From Candidatus Babeliales bacterium (GTDB lineage Bacteria; Babelota; Babeliae; Babelales; JACPOV01): DNA of 64,000 nt. The notes under the pieces are model-generated. The model made no database searches. It had not been told where the DNA came from and saw nothing but the letters and a program-made list of their open reading frames with translations. Of this stretch, positions 1 to 8,920 are shown piece after piece. The translations under genes were made by a program, and so were the position numbers. How positions within the stretch are numbered: the stretch's first letter is position 1; every line of letters begins with the position of its first letter. The stretch spans positions 409,357 to 473,356 of the forward strand of contig JBFWNW010000001.1 in assembly GCA_050250855.1 (NCBI GenBank), written 5' to 3'.

Positions 1-497
1 AGAGAATCACCATCCGTGACACGTAATTGGCGTGCTAACTTGCAGCCAAGAATTACTTTATTACCAGTAAGTTGTTGCGATAATGCGTGCTGCTGCTGTA
101 CGGTCAGACTAGCAAGAGAACTTGCTGAATGCTCAAGCTGAGGATCAATTCCTTTTATAAGAACAACAAGTGGTTTTTTTTGGAAAGATTGTACAAGGCC
201 TTGATGCATATCACTCGGGCTGCAGCCAGTAATTTCAGGAAATTCATCGTGTATAACTTTTTGTAGAGCTGGAAAATGTATGTGATGATTTTTGCGTGCT
301 TGTATAATAATATCTGCATGCATCCCTTTAAGCGCAGTATGCGTTGCTTGCTCAAATCCTTCCATAATAAACATGACAAGAGCAAGAGCTGTTGTTGCTA
401 CAAAAATGCCAAAAAAGCATACGTAAAGCATAGTGCGAATAGTTGAATGATGCGCTCCGGTTATATAGCGCCATGCAAGAAGCCAGGGTACAAACAT
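1..497 (-). CDS. ABC-transporter permease, LolC/LolE (FtsX/MacB) family, N-terminal part; gene continues past the window start
   Basis: Not in the ORF track because it is open at the window edge. Manual minus-strand translation from the ATG at ~497 gives MFVPWLLAWRYITGAHHSTIRTMLYVCFFGIFVATTALALVMFIMEGFEQATHTALKGMHADIIIQ... This fits the LolC/E N-terminal pattern: RYxxG, TM1, an MNGFE-like motif, then a periplasmic domain. Confidence 0.6.
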   Translation of the reverse strand, partial: MFVPWLLAWRYITGAHHSTIRTMLYVCFFGIFVATTALALVMFIMEGFEQATHTALKGMHADIIIQARKNHHIHFPALQKVIHDEFPEITGCSPSDMHQGLVQSFQKKPLVVLIKGIDPQLEHSASSLASLTVQQQHALSQQLTGNKVILGCKLARQLRVTDGDS

Positions 498-511
498 AAA
501 TTCCTTGATTG

Positions 512-592
512 CCCTTCGACTTACTTTGTTCGCTCAGGGTGACTGCAGTAACGGTCATACTGAGCGAGGGCTAGCCCGAGTCGAAGTAAAGT
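512..592 (-). repeat. Palindromic intergenic repeat, 'tcgaagg/ctgagcg' module; inverted copy of 5117-5196
   Basis: The reverse complement aligns almost base-for-base with 5117-5196 (cttcgactcg...ctcgctcagtatgac...ccctgagcgaaca.agt.agtcgaaggg). It has internal inverted arms. Confidence 0.8.
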
Positions 593-651
593 ACACAAGA
601 GTTTAATATATGTTAAACTTAAAAAAATAATGATTTCTTATAATAACGTAA

Positions 652-1335
652 ATGCTGAATTCTATGAAGCTATATTTTTTGGTAACCATTCTTTTTTTAT
701 TACCAAGCTGTACGCCGTATGCACCGTGGTTTAAAGATGTTTTTTATCAAGGTGAACATACTGAATATCATAAAGATACCGTGCGGCAGTATATTCGTTC
801 AGAGCATGTGTATGATGCTTTCTCAACGCTAGCGCATTTTGATGCCGTATGGCTTTCTTGCGAACTGCTCGATGCGTATGCTCAAGCGCATGCGCAGAAG
901 TACTGTTTGGATGAATGTGCTTATAATTCTTTTTTGCGTGAGCAACATGCTGCTGTGCTCAACAAAACTTCTTTTTACGTGCTGAGCGCAATTCCTGATT
1001 GTTATGCAACAGCGCTTGATGATAAAAATCCTGTATGGTCAGCATACTTGGTTGTTGATAATGTATGCTGCCAGCCGACTATAATCAAAGAATGTAATAT
1101 GCCTGTTGAATATCGTTCTTTTTTTGCGCGTGCATATAATCGTTTTAAAAAATCGTATGAAATAGTTTTTGAGCAGGTAGATGTTCAGCATGCAAAGATG
1201 ATGCAGCTGATTTTTGCACGTACTGATCGTAAAGTTGTTTTAACGTGGCAGCTTGATGGGTGCGGTAAAGTTATTTATCAAAAACTTGAGCGTCATCCAG
1301 ATATTTTGGTGTACGATTTAGAATGTTGTCCATAA
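652..1335 (+). CDS. Hypothetical lipoprotein/secreted protein
   Basis: 227-aa ORF. The N-terminal hydrophobic segment ends in a lipobox-like LLPSC. I recognise no family. Confidence 0.5.
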   Translation: MLNSMKLYFLVTILFLLPSCTPYAPWFKDVFYQGEHTEYHKDTVRQYIRSEHVYDAFSTLAHFDAVWLSCELLDAYAQAHAQKYCLDECAYNSFLREQHAAVLNKTSFYVLSAIPDCYATALDDKNPVWSAYLVVDNVCCQPTIIKECNMPVEYRSFFARAYNRFKKSYEIVFEQVDVQHAKMMQLIFARTDRKVVLTWQLDGCGKVIYQKLERHPDILVYDLECCP

Positions 1336-1344
1336 AAAAAGGAA

Positions 1345-1794
1345 ATGAAGAATATGATAACGATTGCATTAGGTGCTGATCATCGCGGTTTTGCATTAAA
1401 AGAATTTTTAAAGCAGCAAAAAATTACCCAAGAAATTGTTACATGGCTTGATTGTGGTGCACAAAATGATGAGCGTTCAGATTATCCATTATTTGCTCTA
1501 GAAGTAGCCAAAGCAATACAAGCAAAAAAAGCTTCGTGCGGTATTTTATTATGCGGCACTGGTGTTGGTATGGCCATAGCAGCAAATAGATTTTCTGGTA
1601 TTTATGCTGGTGTTGCATGGAATCAAGAAATTGCGCGTAAAGGTAAAGAAGATGATAACATTAATGTTTTAGTTATTCCTGCAGATTTCATACAACAACA
1701 CGATGTGCTTGCAATTGTACAAGCGTGGCTTGGTGCTTCCTTTAAAGAAGGGCGTTATGCGCAACGCTTGGCAATGATTGATGCAATAAAATAA
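1345..1794 (+). CDS. rpiB: Ribose-5-phosphate isomerase B (LacAB/RpiB family)
   Basis: 149 aa. IALGADHRGFALKEFL and LLCGTGVGMAIAANRFSGIYA are typical RpiB motifs. Confidence 0.85.
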   Translation: MKNMITIALGADHRGFALKEFLKQQKITQEIVTWLDCGAQNDERSDYPLFALEVAKAIQAKKASCGILLCGTGVGMAIAANRFSGIYAGVAWNQEIARKGKEDDNINVLVIPADFIQQHDVLAIVQAWLGASFKEGRYAQRLAMIDAIK

Positions 1795-1824
1795 GAAACA
1801 TAAATTTAGTCTAAGAAATTAAAT

Positions 1825-1958
1825 GTCCCGTCCTGAGCTCGACGAAGGGTCGAACCATAGGGACATTCTAAAAAACGTAATTTAATATGCGAATCCTGAA
1901 AGCTTGTCGAAGGCGGCATTCGGGATGAGCGAGATAATTAAAGAGCGCTCATGGTGAG
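1825..1958. repeat. Composite palindromic repeat (modules gtcccgtcctgagc..cgaagggtcgaaccat and cctgaaagc..gtcgaagg..gatgagcgag)
   Basis: Shares modules with the repeats at 43500-43562, 17961-17996 and 44930-44960. Contains the hairpin gtccc...gggac. Confidence 0.65.
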
Positions 1959-2006
1959 TGTTTTTCCGTTAGGAAAAATATATCGAACCATAAAGCGCTT
2001 ACATAA

Positions 2007-4409
2007 TTATTTATTTTCCTCAACCGGCTCATCATTGATTTTTAGAATTTCCATCAAATCAACAGATGTTAACGTAAGTTTTTCTTCCAATGCGTCAGCA
2101 ATTGCTTTCAGCTGTTGCTTGTGCGTTTCAAGAAGATGAGTAACCTGTTTTTCGCATGCCTCTAGAAGTTCATATGCTTTTTTATTAAGAATATTGCGTG
2201 TTTCTTTTGGCAATTGATCTTCGTACATTCCTTCATACACAACGTAGCGTGCTATATTTAATGCAATTGCTCGTTCATTGCCGTGGTAGCAATAACCAGA
2301 AGAGCCGAGTAATATTTTTTCAGCAATATGACCAGCAAGAACATTTTTTAATTCATTAATAACTTCTTCATGCGTTTTAATGGTATCATTATGCTGTGGC
2401 TTTGAACTAAATATTTTACCATACTCAATATATTGTTTTGGTAACGTTTTTTCTTTGCCGCCACTATTATATTTAGAAAAAATACTTTCTTCTTTGATTT
2501 CTGTATTAATTGCTTTGATCGTTACTTTAGTAAGGTGTGGTTCTTTATCAAGTAACAAGCGTGCAAGAACGTGACCTGCTTGGTGCGTTGCTAATATTTT
2601 CTTTTGATCATCAGGCAAATTAATAGCATCACTAATAATGTGGCGAATTGTTTCATCAAATGCTTCTTCCAGATGATCTTGCTCAAGCGATTGGCTGCGA
2701 TTTTTTGCTTTTTGCATAGCGTTTGTTAAAATTGCTTTTAAATCCTCAAACGTGCAGCGATCTGTTTCATGTGCAAGTTTTTCAAGATAACTTTTTTTGA
2801 TAGACATAATAGTTCTATTTTCTAATTCTCGCACCAAATAGTTCAAGCGATCATCATAGGTAGGATAATCAGAATACAAGTGCTCACCAAAACGTCCGCG
2901 ACGCTTGAGGGCCTTATCAATATTTTCAGGATTGTTGGTAGCACCAATAATGATAACTGTTTTTGAGCTATCAGAAGAAATATTCATGCAGCCACTTAAT
3001 GCGGTAAGAGCATTTGCTAATCCAGCACCATCGCGTTCATTTTGCCATGAGCACAAATGAATTTCATCAATAAATACAATGCACGGTGCATTTAATTTTG
3101 CGTATTTAATAATAGTATCTAAACCATGCAGTTGAACGTCAGCTGCGCTGAATACTAAGAATTCAAATTTTATACCTAATTTACGTGCACTGCCGGCAAG
3201 CGCTTCTACCACAAATGTTTTACCCGATCCTGGCGGCCCATACAAAAGATAGCCGGGTGAAGGAGCAATGCCCGCACGGTCAAAACGTTCTGGGTTACGA
3301 ATATAATCAATTAAAAGCTGGAATGTTTCTTTGATATGATCTTTACCAATAATATCATCAAGGGTTGCTCGCGGCTCTTTTTTACCGAAATCAATTTTTC
3401 CGGTACCAGGACCACCGCGTAAATAACTGCGCACACCTTCCCAACGCAAGGAGCACCAATTTTTAAACTCTTGCCATGTTTCTGGATAAAATGAAACAAG
3501 AAGTGGCCAGGTAACGATAGTAGGAACGGCGAGGTTTACAAAGCCGATTTTTTCAAGCACATAATGTATTTTTGCTACGATGGTGGCATCTTTGTTAGGT
3601 TCTAGTATTTTATTGCCATGCTTATTGTGAGTATCGCCAATCCAATCTTTGATTTTCGATAATGGTTTTCCTATAAATGTTTTTTTATCGAACCATTCTT
3701 TTTTGGAATTAGCAATTACTTGATAACCAAAAAGACAACCAAGACCTGTTAAGAAAGCCTTTTTGCCAAGATTGTAACGCGTATAAAAATTTTCTAGCGT
3801 TCTATATGAACGATTCATAAAAGAGAGACCGACCATTTGTGTTTCTTGCACAAGAAGAGCCATGTTTTGTTGGCACTGGCTAATCTGTTCATCAATTTTT
3901 TCAAAATCAATATCATCATGAGCCATGCTGCGTTTAATGACCATCTGAAGATTAGGTTCTTCGAGTGTCTTAAGATTGTAATAAACAAGATTACGCATAT
4001 GGTCTATATATGCTTGGGCGATATCCAAAAGCACTTTAATGCTATAAGGATCAACAACAACATACGATCCTTTTTTGATTTCTTGGATGGTGTTACGTAT
4101 TTTTGAAATATGTTTGATAACCATTTTTTTATCAATATTACGCAACTGATTATTGTTTACCACCTGGGCAAGGTGTTCACAGTTTGCATCAAGGCCCTCA
4201 AAAAGTCTGAGTGTTGGCTGAATTTTCTCCTCAAGAAAGTCATTCTTCATTTTTTTTAATTCAGCTTGAACTTCAGGCGGTAGCTGCTTGGGATCAATCT
4301 TTCCATGCTCTTGTGCCGCTGCGTCTGCTGCATGCAACAGGGTAGAAGGTGCTAAAAAGCTCGAAACTACTAGGGCAAAGAAATAAATTCTAATATAATT
4401 TTTTATCAC
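2007..4409 (-). CDS. FtsH-family AAA+ protein with a long N-terminal extension and a degenerate M41 zinc motif (HQAGH)
   Basis: 800 aa. Walker A is GPPGSGKT, Walker B is IVFIDEIH, and ATNNPENIDKALKRRGRFG is SRH-like. In the C-terminal M41-like domain, HEXXH reads HQAGH (cac caa gca ggt cac, nt ~2571-2585). An N-terminal region of ~380 aa carries hydrophobic segments. Confidence 0.8.
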   Translation of the reverse strand: MIKNYIRIYFFALVVSSFLAPSTLLHAADAAAQEHGKIDPKQLPPEVQAELKKMKNDFLEEKIQPTLRLFEGLDANCEHLAQVVNNNQLRNIDKKMVIKHISKIRNTIQEIKKGSYVVVDPYSIKVLLDIAQAYIDHMRNLVYYNLKTLEEPNLQMVIKRSMAHDDIDFEKIDEQISQCQQNMALLVQETQMVGLSFMNRSYRTLENFYTRYNLGKKAFLTGLGCLFGYQVIANSKKEWFDKKTFIGKPLSKIKDWIGDTHNKHGNKILEPNKDATIVAKIHYVLEKIGFVNLAVPTIVTWPLLVSFYPETWQEFKNWCSLRWEGVRSYLRGGPGTGKIDFGKKEPRATLDDIIGKDHIKETFQLLIDYIRNPERFDRAGIAPSPGYLLYGPPGSGKTFVVEALAGSARKLGIKFEFLVFSAADVQLHGLDTIIKYAKLNAPCIVFIDEIHLCSWQNERDGAGLANALTALSGCMNISSDSSKTVIIIGATNNPENIDKALKRRGRFGEHLYSDYPTYDDRLNYLVRELENRTIMSIKKSYLEKLAHETDRCTFEDLKAILTNAMQKAKNRSQSLEQDHLEEAFDETIRHIISDAINLPDDQKKILATHQAGHVLARLLLDKEPHLTKVTIKAINTEIKEESIFSKYNSGGKEKTLPKQYIEYGKIFSSKPQHNDTIKTHEEVINELKNVLAGHIAEKILLGSSGYCYHGNERAIALNIARYVVYEGMYEDQLPKETRNILNKKAYELLEACEKQVTHLLETHKQQLKAIADALEEKLTLTSVDLMEILKINDEPVEENK

Positions 4410-4525
4410 AGGTATTCCTCAAAAAGTACTTTGATGCTTCTTTAAAATCTATACAAAGATGGTACTAAAGAGGGAGTTTTTGTCAATTGCCTAAGGGGTT
4501 TTGAGGGGGTTTGCAGGCTAAAAGA

Positions 4526-4550
4526 AAGGGCTTTGGAAGCCAAAGCCCTT
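4526..4550 (-). terminator. Rho-independent terminator downstream of the 4559-4939 gene
   Basis: Perfect 11-bp stem aagggctttgg/ccaaagccctt with a 3-nt loop, followed on the minus strand by a T-rich run (tttctttt). Confidence 0.65.
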
Positions 4551-4558
4551 GAATTGGT

Positions 4559-4939
4559 TTATTGTAGACCTAGTGCGTTTTCTACTGAGTTAAAGAGTGA
4601 ATTGAGTGGTCCTTGAACATAGTCTTTATAAACAGATTTTACCGATTCAAAGATAATAACGCCTGCCAGAAGATCAAGGGCTTTTTCCGCTGTTTTTCTT
4701 CTTACAGCATTTTCTTGTGAGTCGGTTGTATTTGCATATTGATCAGGAAGGTGCAATGTGTATTTATAGAATAAGTAAAGACCAGCTAAAGGTAATACGG
4801 TTGATTTACCTAATTGATAAATACTTGCAATAGGAGAGCCAGAGCGTGGCATCATTGGTTTCATTGGCATATCTTTGTCGCATGTTTTAGCATTGATGCT
4901 TCCGGCCACCAAAAGTGATGCTAGGAGTAATTTTTTCAT
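4559..4939 (-). CDS. Hypothetical secreted protein
   Basis: ORF 4559-4987. I prefer the internal start MKKLLLASLLVAGSINA (signal peptide) at 4939. Confidence 0.5.
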   Translation of the reverse strand: MKKLLLASLLVAGSINAKTCDKDMPMKPMMPRSGSPIASIYQLGKSTVLPLAGLYLFYKYTLHLPDQYANTTDSQENAVRRKTAEKALDLLAGVIIFESVKSVYKDYVQGPLNSLFNSVENALGLQ

Positions 4940-5116
4940 AAGAACCCTTTTTTTGTTAAAAATGTTAAAAGAAATGTCTCTTGGCAAGCAAGCCTATGTC
5001 AATTGACAGTTTTGTCAATAGTAAGAAAATCAGATAAAAATTCTTGTGTCTTTTTGAATGAGTGTGTACGCTTTTTGGTGAATTGCTTATCGCAAATTAA
5101 AAACGTTTACATGTTT

Positions 5117-5196
5117 ATACTTCGACTCGAGTTGAAACTCTCGCTCAGTATGACTGGTTTCTCGGTCTCCCTGAGCGAACAGAGTGAGTCGAAGGG
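5117..5196 (+). repeat. Palindromic intergenic repeat; same family as 512-592
   Basis: Near-identical to the reverse complement of 512-592. When read through, it translates to the low-complexity LSLSMTGFSVSLSEQSESKG. Confidence 0.8.
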
Positions 5197-5224
5197 TAAA
5201 TATAATTTTAAAAGGAGTTTTTTT

Positions 5225-6670
5225 ATGACTATGTCTAACCGTGTTCTTATATTTTGTGCATTAGCCGCGGCGCTGTCATTGGGTATTGTAGGTATAGTCA
5301 AAACTAAAAAAACAAAAGCTGAAAAATATGCTTTAAAGGCCGTTAAGAGTTTGAAAAATGTAGTACCACTTCTTATTAGTGGTTCTGGGGCTGCAGGAGG
5401 GTCGGCTGCTTTGTATGGATCGCGCTCTGACTTAAAAACTATTGTCATTGGGGGTGAAAAGCCAGGCGGTGCGCTGACAGAAACAAGTTATATTGAAAAT
5501 TGGCCGGGAAGAGTAAAAGTACTCGGTTCAAAATTAATGGATGATCTGCATGAACAAGCAAAATCGTTTGGTGCAGAATTTTTAAATGATACCGTTTTAT
5601 CTATAGATTGTTCTGAGTGGCCATATACGGTAAAAACTGAAGGTGGTTTGACGTTGCGTGTACTTGCGCTTATTTATGCAACCGGTTCTACGCCGCGCAC
5701 ACTTGGTATTCCGGGAGAAAAAGAGTTTTGGGGCAGAGGTGTTACAACCTGCGCTATTTGCGATGCTCCTTTTTGCAAAGGATATGATGTTGCCGTTGTT
5801 GGTGGTGGCGATACCGCAGCTGAAGAAGCGATGCAACTTGCTCCGTATGCAAAACATATTACTATTTTAGTAAGAGGTTCTGCTATGCGCGCTAGCGCTG
5901 CAATGCAGGAACGCTTGAAAGAGTATCCTAATATTGCTATTGCATATCATAAAGAAGTTAAAAAAATTAATGGCACTGATGGTCATGTTAGTTCAATTGA
6001 CGTTTTGGATAACCAAAGTAATACAATGCAAACAATGCCAATACGAGGATTCTTTTTGGCAATAGGTCATGATCCCAATGTTGCTTTAGTAAAAGATTGT
6101 GTAGCGCTTGATAAAGAAGGATATGTTGCATTGGATAGCAGATCACAACGCACGTCAGTTCCTTTCATATATGCAGCAGGAGATGTCGCCGATAAACATT
6201 ACAAGCAAGCGGGCGTTGCAGCAGGAGATGCTATAAAAGCGGCTCTGGATGCATTGGCAGATTTGCAAGAGCTTGGTTATTCAACTAAATTTGCCAAAAG
6301 TATTGAAAAGAATTTCTTTAGCCCGTCACAGGCAGAAGCAAAAGAGGTAGCATTAGTTTCTTCCGTCAGTGAATTTGAAAAGATAATGATGAGCTCAGAT
6401 GCGCCAGTGATACTGGACTTTTTTGCTGAATATTGTCCAAGCTGCATGCGCATGATTCCGGTTGTAGAATCGGTTGCTTTTGAACTTGGCAACGATGCTT
6501 CTTTTTATAAAGCTGATATGGAACAGGCGCAAGAGCTTGCTCGTACATATAATGTTGAAAGCATTCCAACTCTTTTAGTGTTCAAAAAAGGAAAATTAGT
6601 CGGCCGCTATACGGAGGCTATGAATAAAAGTCAGCTTCATGAAACGGCAAAAAAACATATTGAAAATTAA
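5225..6670 (+). CDS. trxB: Thioredoxin reductase fused to a C-terminal thioredoxin domain, with an N-terminal hydrophobic anchor
   Basis: FAD motif GSGAAGGSAA, redox CAIC, NADPH motif VVGGGDTAAEEA, and AGDV. The C-terminal Trx fold has an active site YCPSC. I moved the start to ATG 5225 (aaaaggag RBS) because 5003-5224 reads through repeat 5117-5196. Confidence 0.85.
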   Translation: MTMSNRVLIFCALAAALSLGIVGIVKTKKTKAEKYALKAVKSLKNVVPLLISGSGAAGGSAALYGSRSDLKTIVIGGEKPGGALTETSYIENWPGRVKVLGSKLMDDLHEQAKSFGAEFLNDTVLSIDCSEWPYTVKTEGGLTLRVLALIYATGSTPRTLGIPGEKEFWGRGVTTCAICDAPFCKGYDVAVVGGGDTAAEEAMQLAPYAKHITILVRGSAMRASAAMQERLKEYPNIAIAYHKEVKKINGTDGHVSSIDVLDNQSNTMQTMPIRGFFLAIGHDPNVALVKDCVALDKEGYVALDSRSQRTSVPFIYAAGDVADKHYKQAGVAAGDAIKAALDALADLQELGYSTKFAKSIEKNFFSPSQAEAKEVALVSSVSEFEKIMMSSDAPVILDFFAEYCPSCMRMIPVVESVAFELGNDASFYKADMEQAQELARTYNVESIPTLLVFKKGKLVGRYTEAMNKSQLHETAKKHIEN

Positions 6671-6691
6671 CTATTCAACGAGATATTTTGC

Positions 6692-7768
6692 ATGAAGCAA
6701 CTTGGTTTACTTCTTATTATTTTAGCGTTGCATACGGTGGGCGTGAGCTTAAGCATGCAGCAGCCCAAGCCTTGGCGCAGCAAAAGCTATGGTAAAATTC
6801 TAAAAAAAGTCGGTATAGATGGGGTTAGAGAGTTCGTTAATCAAGGCTGGGATGTTAACGAAAGGGATATTGATGGCGATTCAGTTCTTACGCATGCGCT
6901 TGGTTATGCACGAACTTTTAAATATTTGATTGAGAATGGTGCGAATATACATCAAAAGACTGATAAGCGTTATGGTCGTTATAATCATGAAGGAGAAACC
7001 TTTCTTCATCAAGCCGCTGAGTCTGCCTATTCTGATACGGTCCTCATACTTATTCAAGCAGGCGCTGATGTCAATGCGCTTACAAAGAAGGGAGAGACAC
7101 CCCTTTTTTATGCTTGTAATGGCATGTATGAAGATGAAAATCATGATGAGGATAGAATTAAGACTGTGCAGCGATTGCTTGCGCATAGTGCAGACGTAAA
7201 CAAAAGGCCTGATTGTGGCAGTTCTGTGCTCCATAAACTGACTGGTGAATGGGGTAGAGGGGTAAAGGTAACTGAGTTACTTCTTGCTTATGGTGCGGAT
7301 GTAGGTCTGGTAGATAATAAAGGCAAAACATGTCTATCTTATGCTGTGGGTCGGGTGTATGGATTATACATGAAATATAGTTTGGCTCATAGTAATGTTG
7401 ATTTAAAAAAAATGGAAGAGGATATTGGCCGGGGCTTTTTGATCACGCTTGAAGGCGGCATGCAATCTCTTATGAATAATACAGCTTCTAAAATGCGCGC
7501 ATCGTATTTTTTACGCGATACTCTTACAGAGCTTTGTTTAATACGTGAACATGGCGGCGATTCTGTTTTTGGAAAAGATTTTTTGCCGCTTGATATGTTC
7601 AAACTTATTTTGAAAGAGACAAAAGATCAAAGTCAATCAACAAAAGTTTCTTTGCGCCCATCAGCAAGGCGCATACAAGAGATTATTACTTTTTTTAAAG
7701 ATGAAGGTTTTGATCAAAGAGATCCCGGTTTTATGCAGCAGTTAGAAGAATATAAAAATAAACAATAA
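6692..7768 (+). CDS. Secreted ankyrin-repeat protein with conserved C-terminal F-box/PRANC-like module (paralog 1 of 6)
   Basis: Has a signal peptide (LLIILALHTVGVSLS) and ANK repeats (GANIH..TFLHQAAESAYSDTVLILIQAGADVN). The C-terminal block is LCLIREHGGDSVFGKDFLPLDMFKLIL...RIQEIITFFKDEGFDQRDPGFMQQLEEYKNKQ. Confidence 0.8.
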   Translation: MKQLGLLLIILALHTVGVSLSMQQPKPWRSKSYGKILKKVGIDGVREFVNQGWDVNERDIDGDSVLTHALGYARTFKYLIENGANIHQKTDKRYGRYNHEGETFLHQAAESAYSDTVLILIQAGADVNALTKKGETPLFYACNGMYEDENHDEDRIKTVQRLLAHSADVNKRPDCGSSVLHKLTGEWGRGVKVTELLLAYGADVGLVDNKGKTCLSYAVGRVYGLYMKYSLAHSNVDLKKMEEDIGRGFLITLEGGMQSLMNNTASKMRASYFLRDTLTELCLIREHGGDSVFGKDFLPLDMFKLILKETKDQSQSTKVSLRPSARRIQEIITFFKDEGFDQRDPGFMQQLEEYKNKQ

Positions 7769-7778
7769 GAGAAAGAGC

Positions 7779-8909
7779 ATGATGTATATAAAACAGCGTG
7801 GTTTACTTTTTATTTTGGCGTTGCATACGGTGGGCGTGAGCTTAAGCATGCAGCAGCAACCTTGGCCTTGCAAAAATTATTATAAAGCTCTCAAAGATGC
7901 CAGCGTAAAAACGATTGCCGACTGGCTTAAACAGGGCTGGGACATGAAGCAAAAGGATGAAACGGGCTATTCAGTTCTTTGGCGTGTACTAAATCGCCCT
8001 GATATGATTACCTTTTTGATTGAGCAGGGTGCTGATATACACGAACGTGATCATATGGGAAAAACCTTTCTTCATGAAGCTGCTTGGCAGGGTTGTCCGG
8101 AGGTTGTTGAGCTTCTTATTGCAAACGGTATTGAGGTAAACGTACTTACTAGTAATGGAACTACGCCACTTCTTGATGCTTGTGAGCGAACGCATGCAAA
8201 GGAGGAGGGTGATACGAGATTTAAGATTGCCCAACAATTGCTTGCTCATGGTGCAGATGTAAACAAAAGGCCTAATTATGGCTATTCAGCGCTCCATAAA
8301 TTGGCTTACAGTGGTTTGACAAAGGTAGCTGGGTTACTTCTTGCTCATGGTGCAGATGTGAGTTATGTACATACCAGTCAAGATTCCAGATGGCCCAGTG
8401 CAGGATCCATGCTGCGTCGTGCTCTGCAGGAAGGAAACAATGACATTGCTCATTTATATATACAGTATAGTTTTGCTCATAATAATGTTGATTTAAAAGA
8501 AATGAGAGAGGATGTTTCTTGCGGGTTTATGGATCGAAATAGAAAATTTTTTTCTGGGAATGATGTTTCTGCTTGCTCTCTGCACATGCTCAAAGAGGGC
8601 ATGAAATCTCTTATGAATGGTACAGATTGTAAATTGCATGCAACATGTTTTTTAGGCGACATGCTTACAAAGTTTTGTTTAATGCGTGAGCATTGTGAAG
8701 ATTCTGTTTTTGATAAAGATTATTTGCCGCTTGATATGTTCAAACTTATTTTGCAAGAGGTAAAAGATCAAAGTTCACTAACAGAAGTTCTTTTGCGTCC
8801 ATCACGAAAGCGCATACAAGAGATTATTACTTTTTTTAAAGATGAAGGCTTTGATCAAAGTGATCCTGATTTTATGCAGCAGTTAGAAGAATATAAAAAC
8901 AAACAATAA
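7779..8909 (+). CDS. Secreted ankyrin-repeat protein, paralog 2
   Basis: Same architecture as paralog 1. ANK repeat GADIHERDHMGKTFLHEAAWQGCPEVVELLIANGIEVN; C-terminal DYLPLDMFKLILQE...DPDFMQQLEEYKNKQ. Confidence 0.8.
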   Translation: MMYIKQRGLLFILALHTVGVSLSMQQQPWPCKNYYKALKDASVKTIADWLKQGWDMKQKDETGYSVLWRVLNRPDMITFLIEQGADIHERDHMGKTFLHEAAWQGCPEVVELLIANGIEVNVLTSNGTTPLLDACERTHAKEEGDTRFKIAQQLLAHGADVNKRPNYGYSALHKLAYSGLTKVAGLLLAHGADVSYVHTSQDSRWPSAGSMLRRALQEGNNDIAHLYIQYSFAHNNVDLKEMREDVSCGFMDRNRKFFSGNDVSACSLHMLKEGMKSLMNGTDCKLHATCFLGDMLTKFCLMREHCEDSVFDKDYLPLDMFKLILQEVKDQSSLTEVLLRPSRKRIQEIITFFKDEGFDQSDPDFMQQLEEYKNKQ

Positions 8910-8920
8910 GAGAGAGCATA

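Noticed and set aside
5003-5224. 74-codon N-terminal extension of the TrxR-Trx ORF
   Set aside because: The extension reads through repeat element 5117-5196 (LSLSMTGFSVSLSEQSESKG). A good RBS and ATG at 5225 starts the hydrophobic anchor and the homologous region.
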